Source of the DNA: Eledone cirrhosa
Taxonomy: Eukaryota
Assembly: GCA_964016885.1 (NCBI GenBank)
Contig: OZ024740.1
Location: forward strand, 170,872,001 to 170,936,000
Direction: 5' to 3'
DNA length: 64,000 nucleotides
The notes beneath the pieces were generated by a model that saw only the letters and a program-made list of their open reading frames with translations, searched no databases and had not been told where the DNA came from. Both the position numbers and the translations under genes were made by a program. Shown one piece after another: positions 55,826 through 64,000 of this stretch. The first letter of the stretch is position 1, and each line of letters opens with the position of its first letter.

Positions 55826-57371
55826 TAGCATATTTTCCGACATATAGGCCGCACCTATTTTCCTAAAGTCACTCTGTGCCTGATATCCTGAAAGTCAACA
55901 TTTTGCTAGACTTGGGCAACTGACAAGTGTTAGTTTTAGTGCTGCGGTAGGCCTACTGGTATCTATTTTTAGAATGAATAGCAATGGAATTTTACAAATT
56001 AAAAATATAGTTATACATGTGTAGTTATAGTAATGAACTACAACTATATTTATTCAGTATTTTATAAGAAAATCTGTGTCTCCAGAAATTGTGTGTTGTT
56101 ATTTTTTTACATGAAAGAATAGCAATTAGCATTGCCGAAATATTAACAAAAATGTCGGTATGTTTTGGCACAATATGCTGTGGCTATCTGCCTGATTGTT
56201 AACATATATGTATTAACTCAGTACATACCAGAAGTACTTTCTTGATATAAATTACTACTTCGGAAACTTTAAAAAAAACATTGGGGTAATTGTAAAAGAT
56301 AATCAAGGAATCTAATGTTTATGTAACTATTAACGAATTCGTTTTGGTAGTTACGGCATCGGTCTCAGGTTGTCTGCGATTTCCTGTGCATGCGCAGACA
56401 GATTTTATAATTATCAAAACCTCATATTTGAATCAAAGGGATGACATACCAAGACAGTTAGTTATAAACTGCTGCTAGTCACATTCGCGAAGGAATATGG
56501 CAACCAAGCTGCTGCGAGGCATTTTGGGTCTCCCCTACAGAGAATATAGTTTGTGACTGTCGTAAGCAAGAGGAGAAACATCAGCAAACAGAAAGATCTA
56601 AACACAACCTTCACAAACCGAAACCTGAATGGGTGAAACTTGAAGATGAGATAAAAAGCTATGTTTTAAATCAATGAAGCCAAGGTTTTACAGTGTCGAC
56701 TAAACGAAGCGAACGTAAGGGCAGCTTCAACAGGACATGATGATCTACTTGGTGCTGCGGGGTGGGACTTTATATTCATGGAACGAAATGGACTAGCCAT
56801 ATATAAGAAAATAGGACAAAAAAATTTCAGCAGAATATGAAACCAAAATTATTGAGTGTCATAGATTTCTTTTAAAAACCAGAAAAACAAATTTTGAACT
56901 GTGACAGATGTGGAAATATGAATGAATTTCGCATAAGGTTTCATATTTCAACCAATGTTGACGTAAAATATACCAAAACTGTGACTATCGAAATCTCATT
57001 TTACATGTGTATAGGCTTGTGGTGATAATAGCACCAACTCAATCAAAAAACAATGCCAAAACAAAATGTTCCACCAGCAATTACCATCCATGTTCAATCT
57101 AAGCGATGGATGAATGAGAATAGAATAAAGTTATAGCCACAGGGTCCAGATTGACTTCTTAAATAGCCATTGCTTCTTGTGTTGGATCAGTCCCGGGTTC
57201 AAGTAACATAATATTTAATAGTGTTAAAGTAATTATTGTAACTCAGCCTACCATAATAGCTTGCCAAAAGGCATCAGTCTACATTTTTATGGACCCTATA
57301 CATGAAAATGTACAGGTAAAATGTACGGCTGAGCATTTTTAACGGAGATTGACTTGCCCGAAAGTACGGTA
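55826..57371 (+). mobile_element. Decayed pogo-family (Tc1/mariner superfamily) transposon
   Basis: Broken peptides YKLLLVTFAKEYGNQAAARHFG (Brinker-type DBD), WVKLEDEIKSYV, FMERNGL, KRWMNE and LLVLDQ (DDE_1-like). Degenerate TIRs tagcatattttccg and cccgaaagtacggta lie in TA context. Confidence 0.75.
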
Positions 57372-57473
57372 TATATGAGTGTGTGGGCGCATGTAAATAT
57401 ATATATGTATGTGTGTATATATAAATATATATATATATATATAATCTGCGCGTGTGTGTGTGCATATCTGTGC

Positions 57474-57532
<59 letters not shown>

Positions 57533-57535
<3 letters not shown>

Positions 57536-57722
57536 CAAAGGAATTGTGGTAAGGAACCAGATGGACCATAACGCACCAGAGTACTCAATACTTAGGGTAG
57601 TAGAGTGGGAAATAGGAAAAAGTATGACCCCGACGGCAGAGCTCAAGCCGTTTCGACGGCTATTTCTGGACATAGCCGTCGAAACGGTTTGAGCTCTGCC
57701 GTCCGTTGGGATCATACTTTTT

Positions 57723-57727
<5 letters not shown>
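57533..57727. mobile_element. Fold-back unit in (TA)n carrying only the 3' half of a hammerhead; related fragment at 32001-32053
   Basis: Arms about 57612-57663 and 57672-57727; gccgtc-GAAA-cgg-TT-tgagctc. Confidence 0.65.
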
Positions 57728-57784
<57 letters not shown>

Positions 57785-58162
57785 ACTACATACATACACG
57801 ACATCGAAATCCTTTTTACTAAAGCATTGGAAAATTACAAGATTTTTGTGTTGCTTTCCTGCATTGTCAAATAAATTGAATAAAATTTGAATATATTATT
57901 ACGTAAGCATGTATACGTGCCTATATGACCATGATGTGTACATAATGCCAACAGGAAGGAGACACACAATGGGTATTCGAATGTAATGAGACAAAACCCA
58001 TACATGTAGGAATATATGTCACTCTCTCTCTCTCTGTTTGTGCGTATGTATGTGTGTTTGCGTGCATGATTGTATATGTTCATATATATATATGGGCGGC
58101 GTCTCGATATTTCTATGTAAGTATATATATATATATAGTCATATTTTATGCGTGTATGTGCA

Positions 58163-58220
<58 letters not shown>

Positions 58221-58235
58221 TATACATACACACAA

Positions 58236-58284
<49 letters not shown>

Positions 58285-58343
58285 CAGAAGTGGTATTTGA
58301 TTTGTTGGAAGTCCGACAAACATAAATGTTTATAACTGATTTG

Positions 58344-58407
58344 TATTTTATCTGATGAAAGCGTACCAATGTTATCTTGGTACCCTTGAAATATATATAA
58401 TAAAATA
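58344..58407 (+). ncRNA. Type I hammerhead
   Basis: tattttat-CTGATGA-aag.gtacca..tggtac.ctt-GAAA-tatata-TA-ataaaata. Paralogue at 61605-61670. Confidence 0.8.
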
Positions 58408-58472
58408 AATATGGTTTTATAAATATACTTTCCATTTATTTAATATCATTGTATATATATATATATACATAC

Positions 58473-58617
<145 letters not shown>

Positions 58618-58719
58618 TAGCGAAACAAACGGTTATCAAACAATTTTCTAAATAAATTAAAAAATGATTAAATAATCACCTGTTACAAGTACATTGTACC
58701 TGTTGAAGTATCCATCCAC

Positions 58720-58788
<69 letters not shown>

Positions 58789-58830
58789 CATATACGGTGC
58801 CCCCACGACCCTATCAAGAGTTACTGGACC

Positions 58831-58958
58831 ATACATACATATATTATATTTCTCAAACATACATATATTATATTTCAACAATACATACATATATTATATT
58901 TCAACAATACATACATATATTATATTTCAACAATACATACATATATTATATTTCAACA
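58831..58958. repeat. Minisatellite of about 26 bp (atacatacatatattatatttcaaca) x5
   Basis: Direct reading. Confidence 0.85.
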
Positions 58959-59102
58959 CACTAGACATGTTTCTTTCCTTTGAAATCAAATTTCCTGACA
59001 ATCTGAAACGAATGAACCAGTTCTAGTTATATAAAAGTTGCTTCTATCTGAAATGAGTTAATATATTGTACGCCGTATTTGACTGTGGTCTCTTTGGAAA
59101 AC

Positions 59103-59154
<52 letters not shown>

Positions 59155-59221
59155 ATATATATATGTATGTAATTAAGTCACGAAGCATATATGTGTGTGT
59201 GTGTGTGTATGTGTGTGTGTG

Positions 59222-59256
<35 letters not shown>

Positions 59257-59304
59257 TATATGTAGAATTACGTAGCACATATGTCTATACATACATACAC
59301 ACAC

Positions 59305-59391
<87 letters not shown>

Positions 59392-59402
59392 TATATATAT
59401 AC

Positions 59403-59436
<34 letters not shown>

Positions 59437-59532
59437 GTGTGTGTATGTGTGTGAAAATGAAATTTATACACATGCACATATGTATATATATATACATATA
59501 TATACATAGATGCACATATACGCATAAAATAT

Positions 59533-59578
<46 letters not shown>

Positions 59579-59741
59579 ATGTGTGTGTGTATATACATAT
59601 AAATATGTAGATATATTTAAACGTGTATATATAAATATATACACGTTTAAATATATCTACATATTTATATGTGTATACACACATATATAAACATATAAAT
59701 ATATTTATATATCTTTATATATATATTTATATATATTTATC

Positions 59742-59775
<34 letters not shown>

Positions 59776-60130
59776 TATATACACATATATATATATACGT
59801 GTATATAATTATATATATATATATATATACACACATACATATATATATATACGTGTATATAATTATATATATATATATATATATATATTTCATACATAAA
59901 TGTGATATGATATAATATCTGTCACAATTGAAATTGGATTTTCTAGCCAATAAACAAATGTATGAATCTGATATATCATTTTAAATAATTACATATAAAT
60001 AGATAATTATATTAGCTCAAATGCACTGAGAGGGTGACAAGTACGCCAGAACCCCAGAGAGGCGTTGATGTAAATACGTGTTACATTTCTCTCATATAAA
60101 TAAATACACTCTTGCAAAATATGAACCATA

Positions 60131-60265
60131 TATATGATAAAGTATTTCTATTATATATGATAAAGTATTTCTATTATATATGATAAAGTATTTCTATTAT
60201 ATATGATAAAGTATTTCTATTATATATGATAAAGTATTTCTATTATATATGATAAAGTATTTCTA
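60131..60265. repeat. 23-bp minisatellite (tatatgataaagtatttctatta) x about 6
   Basis: Perfect tandem copies. Confidence 0.95.
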
Positions 60266-60359
60266 GATGAAATGAACCAGAAAATCTACGTACTTTATAT
60301 AATATTGTCTCGGATTAAACAATTACAACGTCCACACCTTCAAAAAGTGCATACACTCG

Positions 60360-60493
<134 letters not shown>

Positions 60494-60617
60494 GTGCGTG
60501 TGCGTGTGTGTGTGTGTGTGCGTGCGTGTGTGTGTGTGTGTGTATGTGTGTGTGTGTGTGTGCGTGTGTGCGTGTGCGTGTATGTGTGTGTGTGTGTGTG
60601 AGTGTGTGCGTGTGTGC

Positions 60618-60666
<49 letters not shown>

Positions 60667-60864
60667 CACATATATATATATATGTGTGTATGTATACATA
60701 AATATATATATAGACACACGCACGCACGCACACACACACACATATATATCGAGTGTATGGACTTTTAGAAGGTGTGGAGGTTATTATATATATATATATA
60801 TTTATGTATATATATATATACATATATATATATATTTATATATACATACACACATATATATATA

Positions 60865-60936
<72 letters not shown>

Positions 60937-60981
60937 TACATATATATATATATATACACGTACATTTAAACAGATACACAC

Positions 60982-61034
60982 AGGCTTCCTGGTGATTTCT
61001 CCGGAATGAAACAGTTCTAGTCCTGTAGAAGCCT
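60982..61034 (+). ncRNA. Hammerhead-like motif with conventional stem III and an A6G core change
   Basis: aggcttc-CTGGTGA-tttc(tccg)gaat-GAAA-cag(ttctagtc)ctg-TA-gaagcct. Confidence 0.6.
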
Positions 61035-61045
61035 TTTTACATTAA

Positions 61046-61100
<55 letters not shown>

Positions 61101-61604
61101 TATATATATAATATATATATATATATACATCCCCACATACATACACTATATACATATATACATATATACATATATACATACATATAGATAATATAGGAAT
61201 ATAGAGTATAAATAAGGTGTTATAATGATGAACATGAACTGGATATCAGGGTCGTGAGTTCGATCCCCTTTCAAAACTTCATCTAGTTGTAGTGTAATAT
61301 TTTAGGAAATATTTGAAAAAGTCAAAAAGCCAAAAAGCCAAATCAAAAAAGTTGAATTGAAATGTTAATCCTGAAATGATGAAATGATTTTAATTATAAT
61401 CATGTGTATAACACTGATGATATTACATACACACACATAGACACATAAAATATACGTACATACACATTCATACCTGAATATAGATATATGTTTATATGTA
61501 TATATATGGTCATATATATATATATACCAAACCAGCTTCCTACCTTAATGGTCGCTTATATTTATGGTACGTCAAAATTTATTTATAAAACAGTTTATAT
61601 ATTG

Positions 61605-61670
61605 TATTTTATCTGACGAAGGCATGCCATATTTTTAATATGGTATCCCTGAAATATGTATAATGAAATA
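61605..61670 (+). ncRNA. Type I hammerhead
   Basis: tattttat-CTGACGA-agg.atgccatatt..aatatggtat.cct-GAAA-tatgta-TA-atgaaata. Confidence 0.8.
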
Positions 61671-61945
61671 AATATGGTTTTATAAATATAGTTTCCATTT
61701 GTTTAATATCGTATATATATATATATATATATATTTATATGTAGATATGAATATATATATATATGTTCATATATACATATATATATATGTTCATATATAT
61801 ATATATATATATGTTCATATATATATATATATATGTTCATATATATATATATATGTTCATATATATATATATATTCATATATATATATATATACACACAC
61901 ACAGATATATATATATAAGAACATATATATATGTATGTATGTGTG

Positions 61946-62066
<121 letters not shown>

Positions 62067-62315
62067 ATATATACGAAAATATCTGATGAAAATATACATT
62101 GAAAATTAAAAAAAGTTTATTAATCACGCAGATATTATTATCTGAAAGATATATGATCGTTACACCTTGACATATATACACTCATATAAGAGATACCGAT
62201 ATACATAAGTGTGTCTGTCTGTGAATATGTATTTATATCTCTGTATGAATATATACTTTTATATATATGTATATGTATGCATATATATATGCATATATAT
62301 ATGTATATATATATG

Positions 62316-62496
<181 letters not shown>

Positions 62497-62869
62497 GTAT
62501 ATATATATATTTATATATATATATGTATATATATAAATAATCTTTAAGTAAAACAATATGATTTATTAAATCAGATTGTATACCGCCGAAATACTGGTGT
62601 ATTACAGGTTTTTACGGTATCTTAAAAGATTATTTAATATATTATTTAATATATTATTTAATATATATTTAATATATATATACTATATATATATACTATA
62701 CAATATATATATACTATATATATACTATATAATATATATATACTTTGTAGCACATATATAATGCGTAGTTACAAATTTCCAGTCTGCCTAACAGCTTAAT
62801 ATATTCAACTGACGTAAGAAAGCTTTTGAACTAAAAGTCGTGTTTCCACACGTGTATATAACCTGTAGA

Positions 62870-63170
62870 TTCAGCATTGCCGTAGAAGATCCAGGTTTCA
62901 ATCCCCCAGCGGGGCATATTCGGCAATTGTCTTCTTTCTTAGGCTCGGGTCAACATCAGCCATGTAAGTGAAAGTCTCTAGACGAAAACTGTCTGGACGC
63001 CCGTCAGATTGACTGCACCTGTAATTCAAAGGGTCAGCATTATCACATAATGTGTCACCCTGAATCTCCTAAGAATTATGTTCGGGAATGTTCAGGCATT
63101 TACACGTTAATATCAATAGAAAGCCTGCCATTGATCGAACAACTGAAATACGTATCGTCGAAACTGACGA
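62870..63170 (+). mobile_element. tRNA-derived SINE family C
   Basis: ccaggtttcaatcccc B-box-like head; body homologous to 26355-26700. Confidence 0.6.
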
Positions 63171-63288
63171 ATGTCCATTCCTATAACAATCTGTAAGCCA
63201 AATCTGTAAGCCAAATATATGTATGTACTCTTTGGTTACCGTTGCAAGTTAGCGCCATGTTTCTGTTCCATAATATAATGTGTAATTG

Positions 63289-63345
<57 letters not shown>

Positions 63346-63875
63346 TGTGTAGGGTTGGTTTACTGAGATTACTATCTGTTGCTCCTCAGAGTTTCGTGGA
63401 TTGCCACTGATTTATGTGTATAAACTAATAAGTTTACGTAAAAATTGCGCAAGTTTCAAAGGCTGCCTCAAATCATATATTAACTAAAAAATAGATGAAT
63501 ACGTCGAATAAATTATCCCTGAGGACGGTAAATGTTAGTCTGAGACTCCTGAATGAATCAAACCACGCGTCTGCCGTATGCAGAATTGCTACAATAGACA
63601 CTATAATGTGTGTGTGTTTTGTGTTTGTGTGTGTGTAGGGCTATGTGTGAATTCACTGTGTTTAGTTTGGACATCTCGCCTCTCATGCGACGAAAGTTCC
63701 AGGTGATTCAATCGCAAAATAATTGACATGAAAGTGGTTGGGAATTCATTAAGCATGTGCAGGGGAAAAACAGGATGATAGATTACATAACAATGGCTGG
63801 CTTTACAGAAAAAACTTTTGCCAATGTGAAATAAAATATGACACTCAAGGACACAAAAAGCAGTAAGGAAATTAT

Positions 63876-63986
<111 letters not shown>

Positions 63987-64000
63987 AATATATAATCCTT

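Noticed and set aside
62088-62120. CTGATGA-aaat..attt-GAAA motif
   Set aside because: No stem I complementarity, and an AT-rich chance match is likely.
63518-63585. CTGAGGA followed by a long stem
   Set aside because: No GAAA core after the stem.

Overview
AT-rich eukaryotic DNA with extremely dense microsatellites and no confidently identifiable host protein-coding gene. Most ORFs in the track are translated (TA)n, (CA)n, (TACA)n or (TAG)n. The SINE, RTE and Helitron repertoire resembles an octopus (coleoid cephalopod) genome; this is an inference. Conventional content: two Penelope-like (PLE) GIY-YIG endonuclease remnants, a hAT transposon with TIRs and an 8-bp TSD, a decayed Helitron Rep/helicase, a decayed pogo element, R4/Dong-, RTE- and CR1-like LINE ends, and many tRNA-derived SINEs. 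The main signal is absent from the ORF track: about 30 type I hammerhead ribozyme (HHR) motifs, intact or degenerate, from more than 10 sequence families, almost all in short non-coding units inserted in (TA)n tracts. They include a very young 422-bp tandem array with one HHR per monomer (retrozyme-like, predicted circular RNA), head-to-head fold-back insertions whose shorter arm ends at an internal TA, covarying stems between paralogues, and repeated U3-A8 core variants. All ribozyme calls were made by eye and are untested.
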